Assembly: GCA_934402395.1 (NCBI GenBank)
Contig: CAKRTQ010000002.1
Location: 15,372-79,371 of the forward strand
Reading direction: 5' to 3'
DNA length: 64,000 nt
DNA from: an uncultured Eubacteriales bacterium
GTDB taxonomy: Bacteria; Bacillota; Clostridia; Oscillospirales; CAG-272
Numbering within the stretch: the first letter of the stretch is position 1; every line of letters begins with the position of its first letter. The notes under the pieces are model-generated. The model worked only from the letters and a program-made list of their open reading frames with translations, had not been told where the DNA came from and did no database searches. Positions 29,086-39,021 of this stretch are shown here, piece by piece. Both the position numbers and the translations under genes were made by a program.

Positions 29086-29601
29086 TTACGCCATGCGTAC
29101 CTTTTTTCCCAGCATCTCCGAAATTTTTTCATCGACCTCATCACGGCTGATACCGAGGACCTCGGACAGCTCGCCAAGCAGGCAGCTGTACGCAGAGTGC
29201 TCAAAATCAATATCCATATCCGGAAGCCGGCGGCGCGTGCGGCTGAATTCCTCACGTCTGCGTCTGACCGCCTTCACAATACGCACATAATTCACCGGAT
29301 CTGCGGTTTTGAGCGCCTCCCGATAAACATCCCGCCGTGAACGCTCGTTTTCCACGGTAATGGCGGATATATCCGCTATACCGTCTAAAAACGACCTTGC
29401 TTTTTCAAAAGAAAGAAGACGCCGCATAACTACATTTTCATTTTCCACCGGAGTATAGATCACAAGATTTGACTGATCGTGCACCGGCTTGAGTACATAA
29501 TATTCACGTTCGTCATGGGTGTCAAACGGCGAATGTGTAAAACCTTCGACACGGCACACCCCGTTCGTTCCGTACATGATCAATTCCCCGATATCAAACA
29601 T
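29086..29601 (-). CDS. CarD/CdnL-family transcriptional regulator
   Basis: Start MFDIGELIMYGTNGVCRVEGF at 29601 (AAAGGAG RBS). N-terminal CarD_CdnL_TRCF-like beta domain. Confidence 0.7.
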   Translation of the reverse strand: MFDIGELIMYGTNGVCRVEGFTHSPFDTHDEREYYVLKPVHDQSNLVIYTPVENENVVMRRLLSFEKARSFLDGIADISAITVENERSRRDVYREALKTADPVNYVRIVKAVRRRREEFSRTRRRLPDMDIDFEHSAYSCLLGELSEVLGISRDEVDEKISEMLGKKVRMA

Positions 29602-29655
29602 TTTGCGCTCCTTTCGATCACCTGCTTTGACGGTGCAAAGCATTACTTCATATAT

Positions 29656-29684
29656 ATTATACACTAAAAAAAAGGTTTTGTCAA
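29656..29684 (-). promoter_or_regulatory. Perfect consensus promoter (TTGACA-17-TATAAT) for the carD-like gene
   Basis: - strand TTGACA = complement of 29679-29684. TATAAT = complement of 29656-29661. 17-nt spacer. Confidence 0.65.
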
Positions 29685-29718
29685 ATATTTATTGTGCGTT
29701 TTTATTTTATTTTTTTAC

Positions 29719-29780
29719 AAATCAAACCGGATCGTTGCACTAAGGTGCGCCGATCCGGTTTGATTTTATTTTGTTTTTCC
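29719..29780 (+). terminator. Canonical + strand intrinsic terminator with no + strand gene upstream
   Basis: Perfect 16-bp stem (29719-29734 / 29751-29766) with an inner 4-bp helix. The + strand tail tattttgttttt is U-rich. The - strand tail is A-rich. Confidence 0.6.
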
Positions 29781-30344
29781 GCCGCTCTTTTTCTTGACAA
29801 GATCAATGATCGTCATAACACCCGGACGGTACTCTTCTCTCAGAATATGAATGGTCAGCTCTTCTGCCGATGCAAGACACCCTACGGAGCACGCGGCGAA
29901 GCAATAGAACGTTCCAACCTGGGTGTTGATAAAATACGGTGTCATAAACACCATAAGACCCGTCAGTTTGTTGAGATATGTGTGCAACGCCGCAAAGCGG
30001 TGATACTTCAGCGCTGCAGTCATATACGATGCCAGTCTGAGCAGAAGGACCACACCGACAAATATCCATATAGCGCGCGGCAGGCATTCCCACAGCACCG
30101 GAAAGATCCGTATCATCATTACGGAGTAAAACAAAAGATCAGCCGCGCTGTCAAGCTTTGCGCCAAATTCGGTCGTACTGTGGCTTGCCCGCGCTATAAC
30201 GCCATCGAGCACATCGCTGACCCCGCAAAAAGTATAAATTATGAAAAACTCAGCAGAAAACGGCTCTATGAATAAAAGGCAGGCTGCCCCCGCAATGCGC
30301 AACGCGGTAAACAGGTTTGGCAAGGTCAAAAGTCGCTTCATCAA
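29766..30344 (-). CDS. CDP-alcohol phosphatidyltransferase family protein
   Basis: Signature D(x2)DG(x2)AR...G(x3)D(x3)D: SDVLDGVIARASHSTTEFGAKLDSAADLL. Multi-TM. Confidence 0.85.
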   Translation of the reverse strand: MMKRLLTLPNLFTALRIAGAACLLFIEPFSAEFFIIYTFCGVSDVLDGVIARASHSTTEFGAKLDSAADLLFYSVMMIRIFPVLWECLPRAIWIFVGVVLLLRLASYMTAALKYHRFAALHTYLNKLTGLMVFMTPYFINTQVGTFYCFAACSVGCLASAEELTIHILREEYRPGVMTIIDLVKKKSGGKTK

Positions 30345-30373
30345 TTATCTCCGATCATTAAAAAGCAGCACGG

Positions 30374-30685
30374 TCACCGCAGCTCACGTTCGGTGCCGTC
30401 CGAAAGGTCAAGCACAACCCGCACGCCGCACTTTTCCGCCGCAATGTCACACATGACATCAAGCATCGTATTTGTATCGTTCCGAAGCATTGAGCCGAGA
30501 TGCTCGATCCCCTTTATATGTATTTCAAGCGGCTCACACGCAACATCACCAAGGCAATCATGGAATGCATCCCAGTTTGCGCCGTAATGCTCCGGAAATG
30601 AAAATGCATTCTTAAGGAGCGAATGCATTTCCGAAACGCAGCAAACATCCGAAAGATCAAGAATGATTTTTTTTGTTTTTTTCAT
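30374..30685 (-). CDS. Barstar-family ribonuclease inhibitor
   Basis: MKKTKKIILDLSDV...LLKNAFSFPEHYGANWDAFHDCL aligns by eye with barstar MKKAVING...[22 protein letters not shown]. Start chosen by that alignment (ORF track starts at 30706). Confidence 0.85.
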   Translation of the reverse strand: MKKTKKIILDLSDVCCVSEMHSLLKNAFSFPEHYGANWDAFHDCLGDVACEPLEIHIKGIEHLGSMLRNDTNTMLDVMCDIAAEKCGVRVVLDLSDGTERELR

Positions 30686-30760
30686 ATTGCACATATCGGT
30701 ATCCATTACCTTTCAGGCGGATCCTTCGACAAAATAATGTGCCGCGCAAAGACGCGACAC

Positions 30761-30791
30761 TCAAAACCGCTGCGGCAGCCACAGCTGCCGC
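30761..30791 (-). terminator. Terminator downstream of tRNA-Leu
   Basis: Stem gcggcagc/gctgccgc (30772-30791), followed on the - strand by agcGGTTTTGA. Confidence 0.6.
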
Positions 30792-30900
30792 TTGAAAAAC
30801 TGTTGATGGGCTGCCTCAAGTCCGATATTTCCAGATACACAGCGCAAGCCACACCAGCACTGTTCTGAGAAAATCAATCTGAAGCAGCCCATTCCCAATT

Positions 30901-30987
30901 TGGTGCCGGTGGCGGGGGTCGAACCCGCACGTCCGTGAAGACACGGGATTTTGAGTCCCGGGTGTCTGCCAATTCCACCACACCGGC
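30901..30987 (-). tRNA. tRNA-Leu (anticodon CAA), class II long variable arm, CCA encoded
   Basis: Reverse complement: GCCGGTG-TGGTGGAATTGGCAGACACC-CGGGA-CTCAAAA-TCCCG-variable arm-GCGGGTTCGACCCCCGC-CACCGGC-ACCA. 7-bp acceptor stem and a GTTCGA T-loop. Confidence 0.95.
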
Positions 30988-31022
30988 TTATCTGATTTTG
31001 CGGCGACACGATTTACTGTTAC

Positions 31023-31051
31023 ATTATACCACGTTCACAGTAAAAAATCAA
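31023..31051 (-). promoter_or_regulatory. Promoter for tRNA-Leu (TTGATT-17-TATAAT, TGn extended -10)
   Basis: - strand cTTGATTttttactgtgaacgtggTATAATg. The -10 lies 36 nt upstream of the mature tRNA 5' end. Confidence 0.65.
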
Positions 31052-31189
31052 GACCGATAAATGATTTTATCGGTTGTGTTTCTTATTTTTTTATTAAGAT
31101 ATTACGAAAGTACGCTACAGCGCGATGGCGATTCACGTTTTGACAAAGACAGCATAACCTGAAAAATGAAAACACTACGGAGGTCATTC

Positions 31190-31675
31190 ATGAACGATAA
31201 ATCAAACGAAAAGCCGCAGATGCTGCAAACTGAAGAAAACGGACGCGCGGAGCCTAAAGCCGAGTCTGAGGACATGAGCGGTGAGGGCAGACTGACAGTA
31301 CGCGTGTATACCGCCGCGGGGGCAATACCGCTCGAGGACGCCATAGTCATTATCCGCGATTCACCGAGCGCGGGCGGTGGGATCATTGTCTCGTTGCGCA
31401 CAGACCGCAGCGGAATGACGCCCCAGATATCACTTCCCGCACCGCCCAAGGCAACGGCACAACAGCCCGGTAATGTAAAACCGTATTCAACGTACGGGAT
31501 AGATGTCATCCTACCGGGCTATTATACTCCGGTATTTGAAAATGTGCCGATATACGATGGAATATCATCGGTGCAGAACGTTGGAATGATCCCGCTGCCC
31601 GAAAATGGATATCCCTATTCGCGGCGACCTGACGACATGATATTTTATCCCGAGTCAAACAGCCCGGGACTGTGA
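31190..31675 (+). CDS. Hypothetical protein with a carboxypeptidase-regulatory-like beta domain
   Basis: GGAGG RBS favours ATG 31190. GRLTVRVYTAAGAIPLEDAIVIIRD...TDRSGMT pattern. Domain call is tentative. Confidence 0.55.
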   Translation: MNDKSNEKPQMLQTEENGRAEPKAESEDMSGEGRLTVRVYTAAGAIPLEDAIVIIRDSPSAGGGIIVSLRTDRSGMTPQISLPAPPKATAQQPGNVKPYSTYGIDVILPGYYTPVFENVPIYDGISSVQNVGMIPLPENGYPYSRRPDDMIFYPESNSPGL

Positions 31676-31688
31676 GGGGAGGTAAACC

Positions 31689-33086
31689 ATGCCAACCGTA
31701 ACACCCGTAATACCCGAAACCATAACAGTCCACCTCGGCGCGCCGGGAGAACCGGCGCGAAATGTAACGCTTCCCTTCTGGAGCTATATTGCAAATGTTG
31801 CGTCAAGCGAAATATATCCGTCATGGCCGGAAAACGCACTCCGGGCAAATATATATGCTCAGATAAGCTTTGCGCTCAACCGTGTATTCACCGAATATTA
31901 CCGCTCACGCGGATATGACTTCGACATTACAAATTCAACAGCATATGATCAGTACTTTGTTGAAGGACGCGACATTTTCAGTAATGTAAACGAAATCGTC
32001 GGTGAGATATTCAACAGTTATGTGGTACGCCAGGGCAGCGTTGAACCGCTTTTCACGCAGTATTGTAACGGGACCACAGTCACCTGCCCCGGACTTTCTC
32101 AATGGGGCACGGTAGAGCTTGCAAACCGCGGACTTACGCCGTACGAGATCCTTCAGTACTATTACGGAGATGACATAGACATTGTAACAGATGTACCGAT
32201 AGAAAACGTCCGCGCATCCGCCCCAACGGTCCCGCTGCGGCTCGGAAGCGGCGGAAACGATGTGCGCAATGTTCAGATAAGGCTGAACCGCATTTCGGAG
32301 AACTATCCCGCAATACCGAAGATCGTGCTGACAGACGGTTTGTTTTCCACCGACACAGAGGAAGCGGTGAAGGAATTTCAGCGCATTGCCGGGCTTACAG
32401 CGGACGGAATTGTCGGAAACGCCACCTGGTATGCGATACTTTTCTACTACAATGCCGTAAAACGTCTGAACGAGCTGAATTCCGAGGGACTGTCACTGGC
32501 AGAGATATCTCAGGAATTCCCCTTCGTTCTTGAGCGCGGCTCAAGGGGGCAATCTGTAAGAAACCTGCAATATTATATCACCTATCTCTCGCAATATTAT
32601 CCGACCATACCTTCCGTGGCGGTGGACGGAATATTCGGTCCGGAAACCGAAGCGGCGGTGATCGATGTTCAGACCACGTTCGGTCTGACGCCGGACGGGA
32701 TCGTAGGCCCGTACACATGGCAACGCATATACAATGCGTATCTCGGCATAGCGCGCACCATTCCGATCGAATTTGTTGCCGGACGCGGCGTGCCGTTCCA
32801 GGGCGTTCCGCTGCGGCTCGGCTCCGAGGGCGAAGAGGTCATTCTGCTTCAGCGGTATCTTAACCGCATAGCGGAGTCTCTCACCGAGTTGCCAGAAGTG
32901 CCGCCTACGGGCTATTTCGGCACGATAACAGACAGCGTGGTCCGCTCTTTCCAGGACTTTTACGGTCTTCCGGTCACAGGGGTCGTCAATCTTGAAACAT
33001 GGGATGCGATCGTAAGTGTATTTGAAGATGTGAGCGCAGGAGACAGCCTGCGCGATGGACAGTATCCCGGTTACACAATAACATGA
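31689..33086 (+). CDS. Peptidoglycan-binding protein: SpoIID-like N-terminal domain plus 3 PG_binding_1 repeats (SleC-like architecture)
   Basis: Three copies of G..G..V..LQ..LN......DG.FG..T..AV..FQ...GL..DGIVG..TW. The N-terminal domain call (NALRANIYAQISFALNRV...DQYF) is tentative. Confidence 0.7.
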   Translation: MPTVTPVIPETITVHLGAPGEPARNVTLPFWSYIANVASSEIYPSWPENALRANIYAQISFALNRVFTEYYRSRGYDFDITNSTAYDQYFVEGRDIFSNVNEIVGEIFNSYVVRQGSVEPLFTQYCNGTTVTCPGLSQWGTVELANRGLTPYEILQYYYGDDIDIVTDVPIENVRASAPTVPLRLGSGGNDVRNVQIRLNRISENYPAIPKIVLTDGLFSTDTEEAVKEFQRIAGLTADGIVGNATWYAILFYYNAVKRLNELNSEGLSLAEISQEFPFVLERGSRGQSVRNLQYYITYLSQYYPTIPSVAVDGIFGPETEAAVIDVQTTFGLTPDGIVGPYTWQRIYNAYLGIARTIPIEFVAGRGVPFQGVPLRLGSEGEEVILLQRYLNRIAESLTELPEVPPTGYFGTITDSVVRSFQDFYGLPVTGVVNLETWDAIVSVFEDVSAGDSLRDGQYPGYTIT

Positions 33087-33101
33087 AGGAGAGCGCACCT
33101 A

Positions 33102-33629
33102 ATGGCAGACAGAGCAACCGAAACAGAAGCAAGACGCAATATTCAGAGATATCTGCGCCAGCTTTCGTATTTTGAACCGTCCATACCACCTCCGCCCGTC
33201 GACGGCGTGGCGGGCGAGGACACAAAAAAGGCAGTGCGGGCATTCCAACGCATTTCGGGTCTTCCAGAAACCGGCGAGGTCGATGACGTAACATTTGCAA
33301 GACTGTTTGACGCTTACATCGTCTCGCTTGAGGAACGCGCGCTTCCGCTCTGCATCTCCCCATTCCCATCCGAACCGGAGGGTTATGTCATAGAACCGGG
33401 AAATAATTCGCCGATAGTGAGACTGATACAGCTGATGCTTATTGAAATATCGTCCATATACGACTTTGCGGCTATTCCCGAAACGGGAATATACGATAAC
33501 GCAACAGTTGAAGCGGTAAGCGATCTGCAGTATCGCAATCTTCTACCGGTCACGGGAACGATGGATAAAGCAACATGGAATGCTCTGGCAAGGGCATACG
33601 GGCTTTATCTTTTGTATGCTGAGCCGTAA
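33102..33629 (+). CDS. Peptidoglycan-binding domain protein (2 PG_binding_1 repeats)
   Basis: IQRYLRQL...VDGVAGEDTKKAVRAFQRISGLPETGEVD and VRLIQLML...GIYDNATVEAVSDLQYRNLLPVTGTMDKATW. Confidence 0.75.
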   Translation: MADRATETEARRNIQRYLRQLSYFEPSIPPPPVDGVAGEDTKKAVRAFQRISGLPETGEVDDVTFARLFDAYIVSLEERALPLCISPFPSEPEGYVIEPGNNSPIVRLIQLMLIEISSIYDFAAIPETGIYDNATVEAVSDLQYRNLLPVTGTMDKATWNALARAYGLYLLYAEP

Positions 33630-33703
33630 AACGGCATAAACGCGCATAGCTCAGTCAAAAATACTGACATAAGCTTATTATTTCCAGATAAGGAGCGAAG
33701 TCA

Positions 33704-36154
33704 ATGAAGAGTAAATTCACGCAAAAAGCGCAGAATACACTTGGCAGAGCACTTGAATGCGCAAGGGAGCTCGGGCACTCATATATAGGCACCGAACACC
33801 TTCTTCTCGGCTTGCTCGGCGAGGATGACTCGGCAGCCAGCCGTCTGCTTTATGCGCGCGGGGCAGACTACGACCGCGTTTATGCAGCAGTCGAAGAAAG
33901 TACAGAGCACGGAGCTCCGGGAGTGGTCCTTCCGTCCGACATGACCCCGCGCACACGCCGCGTAATAGAGGCATCGGCGCAGCTTGCGTCAAAGTATATG
34001 CAGAGCTTTATAGGGACCGAGCATATCCTTCTTGCTTTATGTGATGACCGCGACAGTGCGGCTGTACGAATACTGGAAGGCATAGGGCTCTCCCCTGCCG
34101 AAATTCGCGGAGACATCACATCTTATCTTGAAAGCGTAACCGGGCGCTTGGGAAAAGCGCACGGCGAAGGAAAGACCGATGCAGCCTGCTCGATAGACGG
34201 CGCGCCGACGCTTTCAAAATACGGCCGCGATCTTACCGCCGCCGCTGCTGCGGGAAAGCTCGATCCCGCCGTATGCCGCGAGGAAGAAACAGAGCGTATA
34301 ATACAGATACTCTGCCGCCGGCAGAAAAACAATCCGTGTCTTATAGGCGAACCCGGCGTCGGGAAGACCGCAGTTGTGGAGGGACTTTCCATCCTCATCG
34401 CCAACGGTAACGTTCCCGATACACTCGCGGGACGGACCGTAGTGACGCTGGATCTCCCGTCAATGATCGCCGGAGCCAAATACCGCGGAGAATTTGAAGA
34501 CCGGATGAAAAACGTTATGGATGAGCTGTCGCGGGTAAGATCGGTCATTCTTTTCATTGATGAAATCCATACACTAATCGGGGCAGGCGCCGCCGAGGGC
34601 GCCGTGGATGCAGCCAACATCCTGAAGCCTTCGCTGGCGCGCGGCGAGCTCCAAGTGATCGGAGCGACTACAATCGTGGAATACCGGAAGCATATCGAAA
34701 AGGATCCTGCGCTTGAACGCCGCTTTCAGCCTGTAATGATAAATGAGCCATCCCCGGACAATGCTAAACGTATTCTTGCGGGACTGCGTGAAAGCTATGA
34801 GGAGCACCACGGACTCAAAATAACAGATGCCGCCATTGATGCCGCAGTAGACCTCTCCGCACGGTATATAAACGACCGTTTTCTGCCTGACAAGGCAATA
34901 GATCTGATAGACGAAGCGGCAGCCGAAAAGCGGATAAAGCTTTCCGCGCGTCCCGGGACCGCCGAAAGCTACGAAAAACGTTTGCGCGAACTCAAACGCG
35001 AGAAGGAAGCCGCGATCGGAGATCAGGATTTTGAGCGCGCTGCCTTGCTGCGTGACAGCGAAAACGAAATGCGCGAACTGTGCGCCAGGGCACTGATGAA
35101 AAAAGACACTGACATCGGCGCTGTTGATGCCGAAGACATAGCCGATGTTGTTACGCGTTGGACCGGCATACCGGTAAGCGCAATAACCAAAGACGAGTCG
35201 CGCAGACTTTCAGAGCTGGAAGAGCATCTTGAGTTGCGTGTTGTCGGACAGCATGAGGCTGTTCACGCCGTATCCGCCGCGATCCGCCGCGGCAGACTCG
35301 GGATCTCGGATCCCCGCCGCCCGATAGGCTCCTTTATTTTCGCAGGACCGAGCGGAGTAGGCAAGACCGAGCTCTGCCGCGCACTTTCCAAGGAGCTTTT
35401 CGGTTCGCAGAATTTTCTTGTGCGTTTCGATATGTCGGAATACATGGAAAAGCACAGTGTTTCCCGCCTTATCGGTTCGCCTCCCGGCTATGTCGGATAC
35501 GATGAAGGCGGGCAGCTTACCGAAAAAGTGCGGCGTATGCCATACTGCGTTCTGCTTTTTGACGAAATAGAAAAAGCACACAGTGATATATTCAATATTC
35601 TCCTGCAAATACTTGAGGACGGAAGGCTGACCGACTCCCATGGAAGAACAGTCGACTTTCGCAACACGGTTATTATAATGACATCAAACCTCGGCGCGGT
35701 TGATCACGGAAAAAACGCCATCGGCTTTGACTCGTCTGACAACGACCCACACGCGTCATCTGCGGTAAAAAAGCGTATAAAAAATGCCATTGAAGGTGCG
35801 TTCAGACCCGAACTTATAAACAGAATAGATGAGATAATTGTTTTTAACCGTCTCGGCAGCTCCGAAGTCATAAATATATGCCGGAAAATGCTTGACGAAC
35901 TTGCATCACGCTGTGCCGGAGGTGCTGTCGGATTCAGACTTTCATTTGACGACAGGGTGCTTGATTATATATCCCGCAAAGGCTATGACCCCGAATTCGG
36001 CGCACGGCCGCTTCGTCGTGCCATCCAGCGCGAGGTTGAAGAACCGCTCGCGGCATTGCTGCTTGAAAACGGAGACATGATTCGCGGAGGAGAAATAATG
36101 ATCGGGGTCGAAACATCCGACAACGGAGAGATATTAAAATTCAGCATTGTCTGA
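33704..36154 (+). CDS. clpC: ATP-dependent Clp protease ATP-binding subunit ClpC
   Basis: Double Clp_N repeat, two AAA+ modules (GEPGVGKTA; GPSGVGKTE), UVR-like linker DQDFERAALLRD. Confidence 0.95.
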   Translation: MKSKFTQKAQNTLGRALECARELGHSYIGTEHLLLGLLGEDDSAASRLLYARGADYDRVYAAVEESTEHGAPGVVLPSDMTPRTRRVIEASAQLASKYMQSFIGTEHILLALCDDRDSAAVRILEGIGLSPAEIRGDITSYLESVTGRLGKAHGEGKTDAACSIDGAPTLSKYGRDLTAAAAAGKLDPAVCREEETERIIQILCRRQKNNPCLIGEPGVGKTAVVEGLSILIANGNVPDTLAGRTVVTLDLPSMIAGAKYRGEFEDRMKNVMDELSRVRSVILFIDEIHTLIGAGAAEGAVDAANILKPSLARGELQVIGATTIVEYRKHIEKDPALERRFQPVMINEPSPDNAKRILAGLRESYEEHHGLKITDAAIDAAVDLSARYINDRFLPDKAIDLIDEAAAEKRIKLSARPGTAESYEKRLRELKREKEAAIGDQDFERAALLRDSENEMRELCARALMKKDTDIGAVDAEDIADVVTRWTGIPVSAITKDESRRLSELEEHLELRVVGQHEAVHAVSAAIRRGRLGISDPRRPIGSFIFAGPSGVGKTELCRALSKELFGSQNFLVRFDMSEYMEKHSVSRLIGSPPGYVGYDEGGQLTEKVRRMPYCVLLFDEIEKAHSDIFNILLQILEDGRLTDSHGRTVDFRNTVIIMTSNLGAVDHGKNAIGFDSSDNDPHASSAVKKRIKNAIEGAFRPELINRIDEIIVFNRLGSSEVINICRKMLDELASRCAGGAVGFRLSFDDRVLDYISRKGYDPEFGARPLRRAIQREVEEPLAALLLENGDMIRGGEIMIGVETSDNGEILKFSIV

Positions 36155-36174
36155 ATATTTTTTGCAATTTTGTA

Positions 36175-37592
<1,418 letters not shown>

Positions 37593-37608
37593 GCTGTCAT
37601 CAGCAATA

Positions 37609-37659
37609 GAAGATATCAAAGGGACTGCCTCATTATGAGGCAGTCCCTTTGATATCTTC
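37609..37659. terminator. Perfect 24-bp inverted repeat with a 3-nt loop between convergent gdhA and the MBL gene
   Basis: gaagatatcaaagggactgcctca-tta-tgaggcagtccctttgatatcttc. The loop tta is the stop codon (TAA) of the - strand gene. The right arm encodes its last 8 residues, EDIKGTAS. Confidence 0.75.
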
Positions 37660-39021
37660 AAGAGTTTTCATCGAAAGTGTTACCGTGCCGCTTTCGCTTA
37701 TATAGTGGCGCGGAACAGATTCAATGAGGTATTTGTTGTATGCTTCGTTTTTGTATTCATCATAGCTTGCAAACGATGCATCCCACATAACAACGGAAGG
37801 CGAAACGAGCTTGTAAACCGCTACGCTCCCATGTGTTCTGCCGTGATGCGTAGGCTGCAGGATGTCAGACGCAAGCCCGGCACCGTATCTGTCTGCTATT
37901 GCATTCATATACTTGCCCGAAAGATCACCGAGTATCAGCGCACTGTGTCCGCCGGCTGAAAGCCTGAACGCCATAGAATTTGCATTATTGTAAAGCAATG
38001 CGTCTGTCTCCGGGAAGACGTCTTCGTGTGTATGCAGAATGTCAAGCGTCACGCCGTCAACATAAAGCATATCACCGGTGTGAGGTTTGATAAGTTCAGT
38101 CCTTCCCCACTTTCCGGGCGACGCAAGAGCCGCCCTGAGGACCGCCACAGCTCCGCTGCCTGCGGTAAGCATTGCTTTTGCATCGGATGCACCAAGGAGC
38201 TCGTCGTTTTCAAAATTGCAGATCACTCGTTCAAGCCTGATCTCATCGTAATAAACCGACGCCATTTCGGCTATAGCCCCTATATGGTCGGAATGCGGAT
38301 GTGTAATTATCCATGCGGCAACCACCGGAAGCCCTTCACCGACCTTTTGTGCGTTGAGTATATCGAGTATCTTCTTTGCCTCGCCCTCACCGCTCCAACC
38401 ACCGTCAATGATAATAAAGCTTCCCTTGGGAGTACGTATAATATATGACATCCCGTTTATTTTCGATGAAAAGTTATTAGCCACCATTGTAAAAAGAGGC
38501 TCGGCTGTTTCATCTGTCTTTTCCGGCGGCAGGTAAATATCACTGTAAGCCTCATACGGATCGTACGGAAGTGCGATCAAACGCGCCGACCGATCGTTGT
38601 CAAAATAAGATGCAATCAGTGCCATGCCATCCTTGGAATAAGTGACACAGCGCACTTTCCCGGATACACGTTCATTCACTTCAGCAAATCCGAGTTCTGA
38701 AAGTTTTTTCAGGTAAGCATCGAACTCGCTTTTCATTACCATACTGATGTGGCGCATGAATACACCATCGCCGCAGTCATATACGGTCTTTTTTGTACCG
38801 CCTGAAAACGCAGGTATATCATCGGCAGTGACAGGAACAAGCGTTATTTCACGCTTGGTTTCCTCGGGCGTCGTTTCTTCCGGTACAACGGAAGTTGCAT
38901 TTTCGCCGCCGGGCGTCAAGTCTGTCGCAGCTGATGATAACTCCGAGCCGCCGCGTGTACCGCACGATGCCAGCAGCATTGCAAGACAAATGCACCCGGT
39001 CAGAGCATTCTTTATCTTCAT
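37633..39021 (-). CDS. MBL-fold metallo-hydrolase lipoprotein
   Basis: Lipobox LLASCG; MBL motif ITHPHSDHIG. ATGA start/stop overlap with the upstream SBP gene. Confidence 0.8.
   Translation of the reverse strand: MKIKNALTGCICLAMLLASCGTRGGSELSSAATDLTPGGENATSVVPEETTPEETKREITLVPVTADDIPAFSGGTKKTVYDCGDGVFMRHISMVMKSEFDAYLKKLSELGFAEVNERVSGKVRCVTYSKDGMALIASYFDNDRSARLIALPYDPYEAYSDIYLPPEKTDETAEPLFTMVANNFSSKINGMSYIIRTPKGSFIIIDGGWSGEGEAKKILDILNAQKVGEGLPVVAAWIITHPHSDHIGAIAEMASVYYDEIRLERVICNFENDELLGASDAKAMLTAGSGAVAVLRAALASPGKWGRTELIKPHTGDMLYVDGVTLDILHTHEDVFPETDALLYNNANSMAFRLSAGGHSALILGDLSGKYMNAIADRYGAGLASDILQPTHHGRTHGSVAVYKLVSPSVVMWDASFASYDEYKNEAYNKYLIESVPRHYISESGTVTLSMKTLEDIKGTAS

Noticed and set aside
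31053-31100. AU-rich 9-bp hairpin (accgataaa/tttatcggt) upstream of the tRNA promoter as a terminator or sRNA end
   Set aside because: The stem is short and weak, no transcription unit feeds into it on either strand, and it overlaps the promoter -35 context. The evidence is insufficient.
30761-31165. tRNA-Leu locus as an integration hotspot or genomic-island boundary
   Set aside because: No integrase, no direct repeat of the tRNA 3' end and no phage or mobile genes lie nearby. The flanking genes look chromosomal.
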